Shown: positions 16,926 to 27,139 of the stretch, piece after piece
How the letters are laid out: each line of letters opens with the position of its first letter
How positions within the stretch are numbered: position 1 is the first letter of the stretch
DNA from: a virus
Taxonomy: Duplodnaviria; Caudoviricetes
Direction: 5' to 3' (one strand)
DNA: 48,746 bases
IMG/VR virus record: IMGVR_UViG_3300020045_005690
Coordinates: 1 to 48,746 of that record
Translations under genes and position numbers: made by a program
Notes under the pieces: generated by a model
Seen by the model: only the letters and a program-made list of their open reading frames with translations
Told to the model about the DNA's origin: nothing
Database searches by the model: none

Positions 16926-17882
16926 ATGTTAACACCTCAAGATATCCAAGCAGTCATCAAAGAAAAGATTCCCGAGGGTCTCATTGTGCCAGCGCACGAT
17001 GAGTTCGGACATCACTATCGGCATACTCCGACAGGTGTGGTCTTTGATTCGGTGACTACGCAGATGTCAGGAGTGTTAGATAATCCACATCTTAAAGTGT
17101 GGGCATCTCGCCTCGCAGTTGAACATTTCTCTGGTCAGATATCAATGGATGTAACAATTCTAAATGATATGACTAGACTTGTTCAACTGAAGGAATCATC
17201 AATTATGATGCACAGAGATACATTTGAAGATGCAGGAGGCATTGGAACTGTCGGTCACAGTGCTGTTGAAAAGTTCCTGCTCGAGTGGATGGATAAAGGT
17301 ATCCAGCCACAAGAGTTGGATAAGTTCATCAGCGGTGAAGATGCACGTGAATGGGCGATACTTCGTTCAGCAGTTGAATTTGCTAACGACTATTATCTCA
17401 TTCCTGTCGCATCCGAGCTTCTGATATGTAACCTCAAGGATAAGTATGCAGGTACATTAGATGGGCTAGGATTCGTAATTGTTCCTCACAAGAAGTGTAA
17501 TGACGGTAAACGTCACGACTTTATGAACGCAAGTTCATCTGATTGGAGGAAAAAGATTTGTAGTAAGTGTTCCTATAAGGGTACTTATCAGCTTGCACTG
17601 CTTGATTGGAAATCGTCCAATAGTATCAAGAAAATACAGTACGCAGCCCAAGTATCTGCATACTCAAAAGGTTTAAAATCAATGGTAGGCAAGGCTTTTA
17701 AGACAGACATCCTTCTTATCGTAAGGCTTGATAAATCACAGGCTAAGTACGAAGTTCTGCAGGTTGCAGACGAGAATCAGGCTTATAAAGCGTTCCTACT
17801 AATGACTAAGGTAAGTCATTGGATTAATAAAGGTGGAGAGCAGTTGATTCCTCCTATTAAGAAAACAGCAATATCGATATGA
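16926..17882 (+). CDS. PD-(D/E)XK exonuclease (Cas4/lambda-exo-like)
   Basis: SVTT, GTVGH, YAGTLD, DWKS, QVSAY. Confidence 0.85.
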   Translation: MLTPQDIQAVIKEKIPEGLIVPAHDEFGHHYRHTPTGVVFDSVTTQMSGVLDNPHLKVWASRLAVEHFSGQISMDVTILNDMTRLVQLKESSIMMHRDTFEDAGGIGTVGHSAVEKFLLEWMDKGIQPQELDKFISGEDAREWAILRSAVEFANDYYLIPVASELLICNLKDKYAGTLDGLGFVIVPHKKCNDGKRHDFMNASSSDWRKKICSKCSYKGTYQLALLDWKSSNSIKKIQYAAQVSAYSKGLKSMVGKAFKTDILLIVRLDKSQAKYEVLQVADENQAYKAFLLMTKVSHWINKGGEQLIPPIKKTAISI

Positions 17883-18187
17883 CAGAAGAAGTAAAAGATG
17901 CTTTGCTCGAGTACGAGGAATTGAAGATTGATGAGAAGAAGATAACAGCTCGCCTTGAAGAACTCAAGGAGATTATCTTACCTTCTATTGGTGATGAACC
18001 AGTCAATGCTCGTTCCGGTTACTTCGAGATAAAGAAGAAAACAAGTTGGAAGTACAGTCCTGAACTGGTAGCAAAGCAAGGAGAGGTGAAGAAGCTTGAG
18101 AAAGATGAAATAGCAAAAGGCATAGCTACTGCATCCGTTTCGACCTACTTGCAATATAATCATGGTAAGGAACTCCCAACGGAGTAA
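17879..18187 (+). CDS. Hypothetical coiled-coil protein in the recombination module
   Basis: ATGA overlap; heptad pattern. Confidence 0.7.
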   Translation: MTEEVKDALLEYEELKIDEKKITARLEELKEIILPSIGDEPVNARSGYFEIKKKTSWKYSPELVAKQGEVKKLEKDEIAKGIATASVSTYLQYNHGKELPTE

Positions 18188-18192
18188 GGGGC

Positions 18193-18324
18193 TTGTCCCC
18201 TGAAAAACCCGCAGACCAAGGTAGCGAAACTGGGAATTGCATTTGCCTAGAGTAGCTCGTAAGGATATCGGTTCTCTAAGAGAAATAAATGCTTAACGCC
18301 TTGGACGGGGTTTTCAGGGGACAA
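18193..18324 (+). ncRNA. Candidate 132-nt structured RNA
   Basis: Nested stems TTGTCCCCTGAAAA/TTTTCAGGGGACAA, CCCG/CGGG, CCAAGG/CCTTGG, GCATTT/AAATGC, TAGAG/CTCTA. Confidence 0.55.
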
Positions 18325-18416
18325 CATTACTAGCTAATTACATTCTTATGAAAGGAAAAAAAGAAACAAAGTACGAAGAGAAAGCTGATAAGAAAAAGGG
18401 GAAGAAGTAAGTCGCA

Positions 18417-18451
18417 CAAAAAGTCGCTATCCATTGGATAGCGACTTTTTG
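18417..18451. terminator. Bidirectional terminator between the middle and late arms
   Basis: CAAAAAGTCGCTATCCA-T-TGGATAGCGACTTTTTG near-perfect palindrome. Confidence 0.85.
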
Positions 18452-18585
18452 ATTGCTCTGGTATGAGGACCTATCTATAAATAGGGTTACTCAATTATAT
18501 CATTTTTAAGTTCTTCTTCAATTGCTTTTCGGAAGTCCAGTTTTATTCTCTTTGCGAGTCGGAATAAAAGATATTTTAGATTCAC

Positions 18586-18954
18586 TTATCGTGTATCTGT
18601 GTGCTCCATTACTGGTGCTGTTATGCTTTCACTTGCAACTTCAGCAGATACTTCAGGCGCAGGTTCAGTTGCCGCTGGTACAACATCTTCCACAACATCA
18701 AATCCGTTAGGAGCAAATTTAGTACCTGCTTCACGAACGAGGTATTCATCATTAGTAAAGATAGCCCCATTTTCGTTTGAACCATCACGCTTGAAGACAA
18801 CTTCTGTTCCGTCTTCTTTGTGAACGATGAAGTCTGCTTCCTCATCTCCTTCTACATTTCCACTACCGAGCTTATTAACTGGAAAAACTTCACCTGTAAT
18901 CTTGTTTACTATTTCATAAACAGTTGCAGAACCAACCATATTTTCGTCTGACAT
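18586..18954 (-). CDS. Hypothetical acidic protein
   Basis: 122 aa ORF at the end of the late arm. Confidence 0.7.
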   Translation of the reverse strand: MSDENMVGSATVYEIVNKITGEVFPVNKLGSGNVEGDEEADFIVHKEDGTEVVFKRDGSNENGAIFTNDEYLVREAGTKFAPNGFDVVEDVVPAATEPAPEVSAEVASESITAPVMEHTDTR

Positions 18955-19019
18955 ATAATTTGTGACTAACTGATAAATATACTTTTTCCCGAGGGTAATT
19001 TAAGTATATCTTATTTACA

Positions 19020-19259
19020 CTATATTCCACGAGAGTCGTCCACAGTTGTTTTGATTCCCATAAGTGTAACATCTCCGTGACGATAACGACCTATATATGA
19101 AGTTACAACGCCAACTAATACTACTACACCTGTAACTATAGTAGTAAGGTCTGCTTGTGAGATATTAATTCCATAATGAGAAAGTATAAGCCCTAAGAAG
19201 GCAACAATAGTTATCATATTGCCCGCTTGAGTCATACTCATTCCGTTTGTTGTTGGCAT
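19020..19259 (-). CDS. Small two-TM holin-like protein
   Basis: Two hydrophobic helices, YIGRYR tail, directly after the amidase. Confidence 0.65.
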   Translation of the reverse strand: MPTTNGMSMTQAGNMITIVAFLGLILSHYGINISQADLTTIVTGVVVLVGVVTSYIGRYRHGDVTLMGIKTTVDDSRGI

Positions 19260-19260
19260 A

Positions 19261-19917
19261 CTAAATTGTTTCGATTAGATTACTAAGTTCCCCTGTCGCC
19301 TTGATAACTTCCGCCAGCTTCTGCTGGAGAGCTGCCTTCTTTGTAGCCGACACTGCAGGGGGAGGAGCGACTACAGGGATTGCGGGGGCAACTGATGTTG
19401 TATCTGTTATTATCCCATTTAAGCGACTAAGGATTTCATTAACAATTGTATTATCAATTGACCCATCAAGATGAGTGAAATCACTTTTATACCTTGTTAT
19501 TTCTTTGTGACACATAATTTGTGGATTCTTTATTCCTGAATTCTTGATGATTTCTATAGCCTGTGAGTATTGCCACTCTGTTAACTTATCTCCGACCATA
19601 TACTCAAACTCAATTCCAATAAAGGAAGCATTTGGGTTCTTGAACATCCCAAGAGCATTCTTCGGGAGGATTGCCTGTGCTCGTGGTGTAGGATTTGATA
19701 TAGACCCTGCGTGCCATGCAGTATCAGTTATATTAACTATTTGAATAATGTCTCCGTGCTTTTTACCAATAATATAATGCGCCGAGGATGGATTTTCTGT
19801 CCTGTTTGTTGTAAGCCAAGAGACAGTTCCTTCGTAATTTCCGGTTGTACCGTGTAGTATAAATCCGAGAGGTTTGATGCCTCCGACTGTGTACATTGGC
19901 GATTGTTTAAAATTCAT
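19261..19917 (-). CDS. Endolysin, N-acetylmuramoyl-L-alanine amidase (Amidase_2)
   Basis: ILHGT, SAHYII, AWHAG, IGIEF, HKEI. Confidence 0.9.
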   Translation of the reverse strand: MNFKQSPMYTVGGIKPLGFILHGTTGNYEGTVSWLTTNRTENPSSAHYIIGKKHGDIIQIVNITDTAWHAGSISNPTPRAQAILPKNALGMFKNPNASFIGIEFEYMVGDKLTEWQYSQAIEIIKNSGIKNPQIMCHKEITRYKSDFTHLDGSIDNTIVNEILSRLNGIITDTTSVAPAIPVVAPPPAVSATKKAALQQKLAEVIKATGELSNLIETI

Positions 19918-19921
19918 ATAT

Positions 19922-20365
19922 TTATTTATTTTTTTGCCAGTCTTGCAACTGATTTAGTAATTTTTGAGGAACAGCAAACCCCATACGTCCGGTGTTTTCT
20001 ATAATAGAGATAAGTTCAGTAAGAGCAAGAAAGCTCATCATTGACTCATCCAGTATAGAAAGAGCTGGGGTAACTGTTTCCATTAAGTGAGATGCAGAGA
20101 TGAGAATTCCATAGACGATAAACTTTATTGGGGTACGAAATACTTTTGCTGACTTAATATGTTCTCCAGTCTTTTTTGCTGCGACAACTGCAGTTATAAA
20201 ATCCAACACAATAAGAACAGTTAGAGCTTTTGATGCTTCAATAAGGTTAACGTCAAAGAAAAAGATATAGTACCCGAAGGCAATTGAAGATACACACTTG
20301 GTCACTAAATTTTCGCAAAAACTTGCGAATAGTGCGTAGATGTAGTGGGCTGTTTCTATCTTCAT
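19922..20365 (-). CDS. Holin (Phage_holin_4-like)
   Basis: LDFITAV, I.S, ELISIIEN..G..VP..L. Confidence 0.88.
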   Translation of the reverse strand: MKIETAHYIYALFASFCENLVTKCVSSIAFGYYIFFFDVNLIEASKALTVLIVLDFITAVVAAKKTGEHIKSAKVFRTPIKFIVYGILISASHLMETVTPALSILDESMMSFLALTELISIIENTGRMGFAVPQKLLNQLQDWQKNK

Positions 20366-20411
20366 ATTAGTTATAGTTTAACATCGCAAGTCCAAGAAAG
20401 ACTGTGGATTG

Positions 20412-23400
20412 TCAAGGTTTTTGCTTAATTAGTGCCCTTAATTGGGCTATCACCTCCTTGGAGGCGAGACCCTTGCTTTGCAGGTTAGAGATGTACGCGT
20501 TCTTCTCTTCCTTTGAACCGAGTGTCATTACATTGTTGAAGATATACTTAGCACGCTCACCATTCGCAACACCCAATTGACCCATCAATCTTTCTTGATA
20601 GTTCAATCCCTTCTTCTCATCTACTGCAATTTGTTTTAACTTTGCAAAAAGAAGTGGGTCAGTCTTACGAAGTTCTTCAGCTTTTGCATTAGCTTGTTCC
20701 TTCGGCATACCACTCAACTTTTTATAGAGTGTCTCCGCATCATTCTTTCTGCGGAAACTTTCTCGTGCTTGATTTTCAAGTAATGTTTTTATCTCACTTG
20801 TTTTTGCACCTGCTCCTTGTCCAACTTCTTCCTCTGTACGAGACTTATAGAAACGAGAAATGAGTGGATACTCTGATGCAGGTAGTGGTTCTTTCGAGTT
20901 GAAAGCCGCCCCCATATTGAAGAACTTTCCGACAGTACGACCTGCTCCTCCGATGTACTGGTCGAAGTAATACTTAATGTCAGCAGGTGAGATTGCTACA
21001 TCTGCCTTATCCTTAAGGATTTCAGAAATACTAATAGCAATCTTTCCTTCCTTTGTATTACCAAGAGAAGAGAAATACTGGATGTCTTTAGGGGCATTCT
21101 GATTTGTGTCAGAACGGATTTTACTACCATTCCATGATTGATTACGCTGTACTTCAACAGGAGTATCGAGGATAGTAGGAACAAGAGCAGATGTAAGGTC
21201 TGTACCTCCAACAGGGTTGTAAGCGTTCACCATCGACACCATGATGTCATTCACAAAGTTCTTCGCATCAAAACCTTGTCCGGCTGTAGCATCGTAAGCG
21301 TAGTCACTCATAACCTTGATAGGTTTAAGACCCCATGAAATAGGAATAGTTACATAGTGGACACCCCCTTCTTTATTTGGAAGCACGATAGGTAGACCAT
21401 TCAAGCGGTCATACTTCGTAACCTTGTTTCTCCAATTAGGGTCTACACGGTCATTCCATTCATTCACTGATGCTGTTGCTCCTCCAACTGCAAGCATTAC
21501 AGAACCGAGTACCTTTGGATTTTTAAGCGCACGCATCATCTTTGTAGTACCTTGAATCGAAGCGTTCGAGAACATGTAGAGGGCATTCAAAAGTGGACCT
21601 CCTTTACCCATACGGTTGAAGTTAATAGATGCCTCCTTTGCTAGGAATGCTGCACGGTCTTTTGATAGACCATTCTCAAGAGCTGTCTTATATACTGAAA
21701 GACGAGTAGAATCTTCGAAAACAGCGTTAATGTTATCCACATATTCCACAAGTTTTTCCCCAACTTGGCGTGTTTTTGAGTTAGCAATTTTCTCCAATTT
21801 AGCAAGATTTAGCTCCGTTTCCTTACGTGTTGAAAGACCCATTCCACCTGTCGTTCCACCCATATCACGCATCTCTGCATAGAGTTTTGCTCCGGCAGTG
21901 TCTTTTCCACGAAGAGAGTCCATTACATCTTTAAATGATTGAGCATCGTGTTTTAGCACTTTTGCTGACCCTTTGACACCTATATCTTTCTGTGAAGCAA
22001 GATAGGTTATAACTTCTTGTAAGTCTCTTATTTTGTTAGGTAGTGCAAATGAGATAGGGTCGAAACGTGTCATAAGTCCCGAATAAAGACGAGTGAAAGT
22101 TCCAACAGCATTTAAAAATCCTCCAAGCTTTTCACGACCAACACCACGAAGAGCAATCGCCATGTTAGGGTCTTCAATCTTAATCCATACTTTTTTACCA
22201 TCTTCATACATTTGAAGTATGTGAGGGTCTTGTGTCTGCTCAAGAATAGCACGACCATCATTTCCTTTACCTACAATCTTTGGTTTAATAATTGTCATTT
22301 GGTCTCCAACCAAATCTTGATTGTTACGAACGAAATTAAGTGTTGCATTATCAACAATGTTTTTCTGTGAACGAAGTGCTGCTTGCTCGTAGTTAGTAAT
22401 CACATTACCAAGCACATCGGCAACCTCTCTTTGTGAACCCTTAGCACGCTTGATACCGGTTGATTTAACATCAAGTCCTGCACCTCCAAGCACACTTCCT
22501 ATATCATTTTCTCCTTCAAATATACGCTGTAGAGGAACGTGATTCTTATACTTTTCACGAAGAGTTTTGTATAGGTCATCAGTAATAACCCCACTTTCAC
22601 GAAGCATATCAAGTGTCTTATTATTCAAATCTTGAATCTTATCGGCAACAGCTTTTATCTTTGCACCTTGAGGTGATGATTCAATTTTAGCTAGTCTCTC
22701 TTCAGCTTCCTTTGTAGTAATTCCGGCTGCTCCTTCACCAAGAGAAGCATTACGTTCAGGGGCGTGACGAGCAATAAGATAATCATTTACTTCCTTACGA
22801 GTAGCGGCGAGGTCTGTTTTTATTTCATCAGCGATAACCTTCATATCCTTCACAGCAGTTTCAGTAGCAACACGACCATCTTCAATTAACTTACCAACTT
22901 TACCGGAATAGAGTGTAAGTTTTTGGTAGATGTTAGAAGAATCATCTACAACTGCAGCAGGATTATCGATAAGCTGACGAACTCTCTCATCAGTATTTTG
23001 TACATACTCGAGTAGGTTTGTTTTAGTATCTGAAAGTGATTTTGCTACACGAGAAGTAGTAGGAATATCATCCCCTGTTTGTGCTGCGTTTTCTAGTATT
23101 GACTGATTATCAGGAGTATTATATAATTTCTTATTATATGCCGATGTCTCTTCTTTCAAAAATTTTGGTAGCTGCGGTACTTCTGTACTCTTTCCTCCTT
23201 TATCAAGGTTGGCTGTTTCCCCCATCCCATTATCGACCACCTTACCAGTTTGACGATAATCGTTAGCACTAGCTTCAATTTGTGATACAGAAGGTGTGCC
23301 TCCATCCTTCCCTAATAGGGCAGGATTTTCTGTTTTAATATGGTCATCAATAATCTTTTCAACTGTACCTTTATCTGATGCGGTAGATAGTTTTTGTGCG

Positions 23401-24062
23401 AGAGCATCCTTATTAGGGATATTATCAGGAAGCATTGTTGAAATAACTTTAGGGTCAGTTTCCTTTGCAATAGTGTCTACAACTCCTTTTCCAAAACCAA
23501 GAGACTCCATAAGTTTGGGAGCGATAGCACCTAATGCAAGTCCAAAAGGTTTAAGTGCGAGACCTATTTCAGTTCCGGCTGGGTTATTTAATGCTTGGTC
23601 AATGATTCCACCGGTGACTGCCTTTGTCGTGTCCATACCAGCATTAATGTTGGCGTTTACTTTAGACTGTGGAGACTGGAGTGGTCCAAGCCACTTTCCC
23701 AGTATTGTTGGAAATGTAGTAGGAGGGACAACCGCTGTAGCTATCTCCCCTGCTTTCTTATTCCCTGTAGCCAAGGAGTAAGCCCCAGCAGCTAAACGTG
23801 GAATTGATTCACCGGCTCCAAGCGCGTATGATGCCATTCCATTTGAAATTGTCTTAGCAAAGTTATTAACTCCACTTAATGTTTCAGCTCCCTTTGCCTT
23901 AGCTGCGTTTAAATCAATAGGTTTAGCAGGAGCAACTTGAGACATCCCAAAAGGACCATCGACTCTGGCAGGAGTACTGGTATCAGTTGGCGAAGTAAGT
24001 AAGTTAGTAGACCCCGCCTTTAGTTCACTGAATGCGTTGGCGATGGTATCAAAAAATGACAT
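20412..24062 (-). CDS. Large internal virion/ejection protein with C-terminal LPD38-like region
   Basis: 1216 aa; HVPLQR, EDSTRL, INFNRMG, LYMFSNASIQG motifs of large polyvalent proteins; position matches podovirus ejection genes. Confidence 0.7.
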   Translation of the reverse strand: MSFFDTIANAFSELKAGSTNLLTSPTDTSTPARVDGPFGMSQVAPAKPIDLNAAKAKGAETLSGVNNFAKTISNGMASYALGAGESIPRLAAGAYSLATGNKKAGEIATAVVPPTTFPTILGKWLGPLQSPQSKVNANINAGMDTTKAVTGGIIDQALNNPAGTEIGLALKPFGLALGAIAPKLMESLGFGKGVVDTIAKETDPKVISTMLPDNIPNKDALAQKLSTASDKGTVEKIIDDHIKTENPALLGKDGGTPSVSQIEASANDYRQTGKVVDNGMGETANLDKGGKSTEVPQLPKFLKEETSAYNKKLYNTPDNQSILENAAQTGDDIPTTSRVAKSLSDTKTNLLEYVQNTDERVRQLIDNPAAVVDDSSNIYQKLTLYSGKVGKLIEDGRVATETAVKDMKVIADEIKTDLAATRKEVNDYLIARHAPERNASLGEGAAGITTKEAEERLAKIESSPQGAKIKAVADKIQDLNNKTLDMLRESGVITDDLYKTLREKYKNHVPLQRIFEGENDIGSVLGGAGLDVKSTGIKRAKGSQREVADVLGNVITNYEQAALRSQKNIVDNATLNFVRNNQDLVGDQMTIIKPKIVGKGNDGRAILEQTQDPHILQMYEDGKKVWIKIEDPNMAIALRGVGREKLGGFLNAVGTFTRLYSGLMTRFDPISFALPNKIRDLQEVITYLASQKDIGVKGSAKVLKHDAQSFKDVMDSLRGKDTAGAKLYAEMRDMGGTTGGMGLSTRKETELNLAKLEKIANSKTRQVGEKLVEYVDNINAVFEDSTRLSVYKTALENGLSKDRAAFLAKEASINFNRMGKGGPLLNALYMFSNASIQGTTKMMRALKNPKVLGSVMLAVGGATASVNEWNDRVDPNWRNKVTKYDRLNGLPIVLPNKEGGVHYVTIPISWGLKPIKVMSDYAYDATAGQGFDAKNFVNDIMVSMVNAYNPVGGTDLTSALVPTILDTPVEVQRNQSWNGSKIRSDTNQNAPKDIQYFSSLGNTKEGKIAISISEILKDKADVAISPADIKYYFDQYIGGAGRTVGKFFNMGAAFNSKEPLPASEYPLISRFYKSRTEEEVGQGAGAKTSEIKTLLENQARESFRRKNDAETLYKKLSGMPKEQANAKAEELRKTDPLLFAKLKQIAVDEKKGLNYQERLMGQLGVANGERAKYIFNNVMTLGSKEEKNAYISNLQSKGLASKEVIAQLRALIKQKP

Positions 24063-24068
24063 ATCTTA

Positions 24069-25424
24069 TTAGAATAAAGGAGTTGTATCCTCCGGAGCTA
24101 CGTTACCAGACTTTGAGTCGACCTTGTTCAAGTCCATAGTCTTACGATAGATTTGGATGTCAGGAAGATTTCTAAAGTTCTCCCACTGCGCCTTGAATTC
24201 TGCATCGGTTGCATCCTTGGCAATATTCCCAGCGCGTACTTGAGAGAGTCTGAACCAGTCAGGAACTCGTGAAACATTAAGGTCAGAGATAACATCTGCT
24301 TCACTTTTTCCAATAAGTTCTTTAGGAAGGTCATAACGTACAGCTTCATCCTTAGTGAATGTGTTGCCTCCAGTTGTAGCAACACGCATAGCATCACGCT
24401 TTGAGGCGATGTATTGTAGAAGTGTTCCACTAAACTGACCTTGTGACTTAACAAAGTTATACTCTTGGACTGTAGCAGGGTCAGCGCTTGCGAGAACTCG
24501 TCTGTAGTCAGCGAGAGATTGTGCAACGTAAATTGGGTCAATACCTTTTGCCTTCGCAACTTCAATGATTGCGTTGTCTTTTTGTTCAGGTGTAAGATTT
24601 GGATTCGCTGTGAAGTAATCACTAAGAGTGGAAGCAGTATTGTCTGCAATCTTTGTTGCATCAGTAATTTCTGCTGAACGCTTAAGTCTTTCTTCTGCTT
24701 GTTTATCTTGTTCTGCTTTAACAATTTGCATTGATTGAGTGAAGAACTTTTCCTTACGGTCTTGAATCTCTTTCGAGAGGTCTTTATATTCTTGTGCTTT
24801 CTTAATCGCAAGAGCAGATTGTTTTTCATCAACAGCATTCTTAGCTTCCTGAAGAGCAGAAGCACGCTTTGCTTCGAGGTCTGAAATTTCAAACTGGTGT
24901 TGCTGATTTAGATTAACGAGTGCCCCTTGAGCCGATGCAGAGTCGCCGAGGTATCCACCAATACGAGCAAGGGTTGATGTGAAAGTTCCGGTCTCGTGAG
25001 TTTGAGCGATATCCTGCTTTTTACGAGCCACATCAAATGAACTATTTATTGCTGCCTCATCCGCTGCTCTACGTGCATCTAGTGCATCATTCTGTCGCTG
25101 TAGTTCAGCCATATATTTATCACTTGCCGCCTGTACATCTGTTGTATTTAGTCCAGCAACAGTCGATGCGGCGTTATTTTCTTGAGCAACAACCGGAGCC
25201 GATGACGAATAAACGGTTCCTTGCAGTCCTGTTGAAGTTAGAGCTGAAGTACCAGAGGGTGTTGCTGTAATTGTTGGAGTATAGTTTACGTTTGCGCCCG
25301 TTGAGTCAACATACTTATAAGAAGGTGTTGTACCGTCAGTACCTACACCGAGGTTAAGTTTATAGACGTTCGGGGCTACAAGTTCTTTTGTTCCAGATGG
25401 GGGGATTGTAGTGATTGTGTCCAT
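24069..25424 (-). CDS. Putative internal virion (ejection) protein
   Basis: A/Q-rich coiled coil; VQEYNF motif; position. Confidence 0.6.
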   Translation of the reverse strand: MDTITTIPPSGTKELVAPNVYKLNLGVGTDGTTPSYKYVDSTGANVNYTPTITATPSGTSALTSTGLQGTVYSSSAPVVAQENNAASTVAGLNTTDVQAASDKYMAELQRQNDALDARRAADEAAINSSFDVARKKQDIAQTHETGTFTSTLARIGGYLGDSASAQGALVNLNQQHQFEISDLEAKRASALQEAKNAVDEKQSALAIKKAQEYKDLSKEIQDRKEKFFTQSMQIVKAEQDKQAEERLKRSAEITDATKIADNTASTLSDYFTANPNLTPEQKDNAIIEVAKAKGIDPIYVAQSLADYRRVLASADPATVQEYNFVKSQGQFSGTLLQYIASKRDAMRVATTGGNTFTKDEAVRYDLPKELIGKSEADVISDLNVSRVPDWFRLSQVRAGNIAKDATDAEFKAQWENFRNLPDIQIYRKTMDLNKVDSKSGNVAPEDTTPLF

Positions 25425-25428
25425 AGTT

Positions 25429-27117
25429 TTATACTATTTTGTGAATCATATAGTCGACCAATGTTCCAGTTACATTAGAACCTGCTGTACATGAAATTGT
25501 TATATTTTGAGAAGTTGTACTATCAATAGAAGCTGTATTTTGGGTAGCTTCTGCAACTTGGCTTGTACTACTACCACCTAATACTCTTGTAGAAATCATA
25601 CTTGCGTGTTGAGTGTTTGTTGCACCTGAACCCATAAGTAAAATGTCACACACAATTGTAGACGTATACGTTGGAGTTGCTGCGTGGGTAACTGCCCAAG
25701 TTGCAATTGTTGTTCCTCCGTAGGCAACGGTATAGGATGCCACATTTCCTGTTGCGTTTACTGCTATTGTTGTTGACACTCTTATTTTTACACCTTTATT
25801 TGTGCTTAATATCCCACCAGCCAGCGCATAGGTTAAAACTGTTGCAGTTGTGTTTGTCGTTGTTGTGCCCGGAGCACCAGAAGAAAGAAAGCCAGTTGTT
25901 ACGACTGATGGATTCTGAAGTACGAAGTTTGTTCCATCGTAGACGATTGTACAGATTTGATTTGCTTGGATATCTCCATCATCCAAGGTTGTGTTGACTC
26001 CTTTAACAATTGTTTTAGCACCAAGAGAGTTCACGTTGATTGTGGCGGTTCCTGTGTTTATAGTATTTGCCTTAAATATGAGTCTCATTCCTGCTACATA
26101 CGCTGTAGGGACAGGCGACAAGGTAATAACATATGTATCGTTAGCCCCAGCATCTGCTGCATATACTTCAGCACCAACTTGAAGACCTTTAGCTGTAACG
26201 TAAAGGTTAGAAGCACTTGGAGCCCCACTATTTCCTGCGAGAGCATCTTGCTGGTCTTCTGTTAGAACTTGGTCAAAACGAGGATTAAAGAACATTGTCG
26301 TGGTAGACAAAGCATATCCTACAGTGACTTCAGTTGTACCGGCAGAACTTGAGAATCCTCCAGCAGTGTTAGAAGCATAGTATTTTGTATTAGCAGTTAC
26401 TGTAATTGCTGTAAACGTGGCTAGACCGTAAGTTAAAACTCCGGAAGCTATTGCTCCACCTGCGGTTCCAGCTCCTTGTGCAATTCCAAGTACAATATTT
26501 TCTACAGTTGCAGCAGTGTCAGCATCACATAACCACCAACGACCATCGGAATTTTTCAGATAAATAAGTTGGTCTTTCGTAATTGTTTCACCAGCAGTTC
26601 CAGCTACTACAGTACGGTTTATGTTAGCAGAACCAGTAGCTAACCCTACAACATACGACTTACGTGCAAGGTCGTTATCGTCAACTGGGTCTCCTCCGGT
26701 TGTATTAGGAACTGAAGAAAAGCTTTTTACCCCAGCGATTGTTTGGTTTTGAATTGTATCAACATATTTAGCAAGCAGTTGTGGAACGTGAGTTCCGAAC
26801 TCTACAATCGTATCTCCTTTGACCCAAGTTAATTTATTAGCAGATACTTCAGTCTGGTCAGTTCCATCGAAATGAAGACCGCGATATAGGATTGTTATTG
26901 AAGCACTCGCAATCGTAGAGGGGTCATACTCCATTATTTCCATCAAAGTTCCTGTTGAGTTACGGAATACTACCCACGCGCGTGTACCAAAGTCAGAAGA
27001 GGTGAGATTATTTCCATCCCACCCTTCTATATTATTTACCTTAAAAGAAGATGAGGAAGCGGAGATTGTTTCCGAGAGTCTTTTTGAGGGTGCTGTTGTA
27101 GGTTTAATTGTTGCCAT
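25429..27117 (-). CDS. Tail fibre / virion structural protein
   Basis: QTIAGVKSFS, YVAGMRLIFKANTINTGTATINVN fibre motifs; T/G/S-rich. Confidence 0.75.
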   Translation of the reverse strand: MATIKPTTAPSKRLSETISASSSSFKVNNIEGWDGNNLTSSDFGTRAWVVFRNSTGTLMEIMEYDPSTIASASITILYRGLHFDGTDQTEVSANKLTWVKGDTIVEFGTHVPQLLAKYVDTIQNQTIAGVKSFSSVPNTTGGDPVDDNDLARKSYVVGLATGSANINRTVVAGTAGETITKDQLIYLKNSDGRWWLCDADTAATVENIVLGIAQGAGTAGGAIASGVLTYGLATFTAITVTANTKYYASNTAGGFSSSAGTTEVTVGYALSTTTMFFNPRFDQVLTEDQQDALAGNSGAPSASNLYVTAKGLQVGAEVYAADAGANDTYVITLSPVPTAYVAGMRLIFKANTINTGTATINVNSLGAKTIVKGVNTTLDDGDIQANQICTIVYDGTNFVLQNPSVVTTGFLSSGAPGTTTTNTTATVLTYALAGGILSTNKGVKIRVSTTIAVNATGNVASYTVAYGGTTIATWAVTHAATPTYTSTIVCDILLMGSGATNTQHASMISTRVLGGSSTSQVAEATQNTASIDSTTSQNITISCTAGSNVTGTLVDYMIHKIV

Positions 27118-27139
27118 ATCTTATAAATATTATACTATG

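Noticed and set aside
18193-18324. tRNA, hammerhead or SRP identity for the structured RNA
   Set aside because: No cloverleaf or TTCRA loop, no CUGANGA core, no SRP domain IV motif.
21733-21741. Perfect DnaA box inside the large ejection gene
   Set aside because: Encodes V-D-N within a CDS with no properly spaced -10 evident; likely the chance occurrence.
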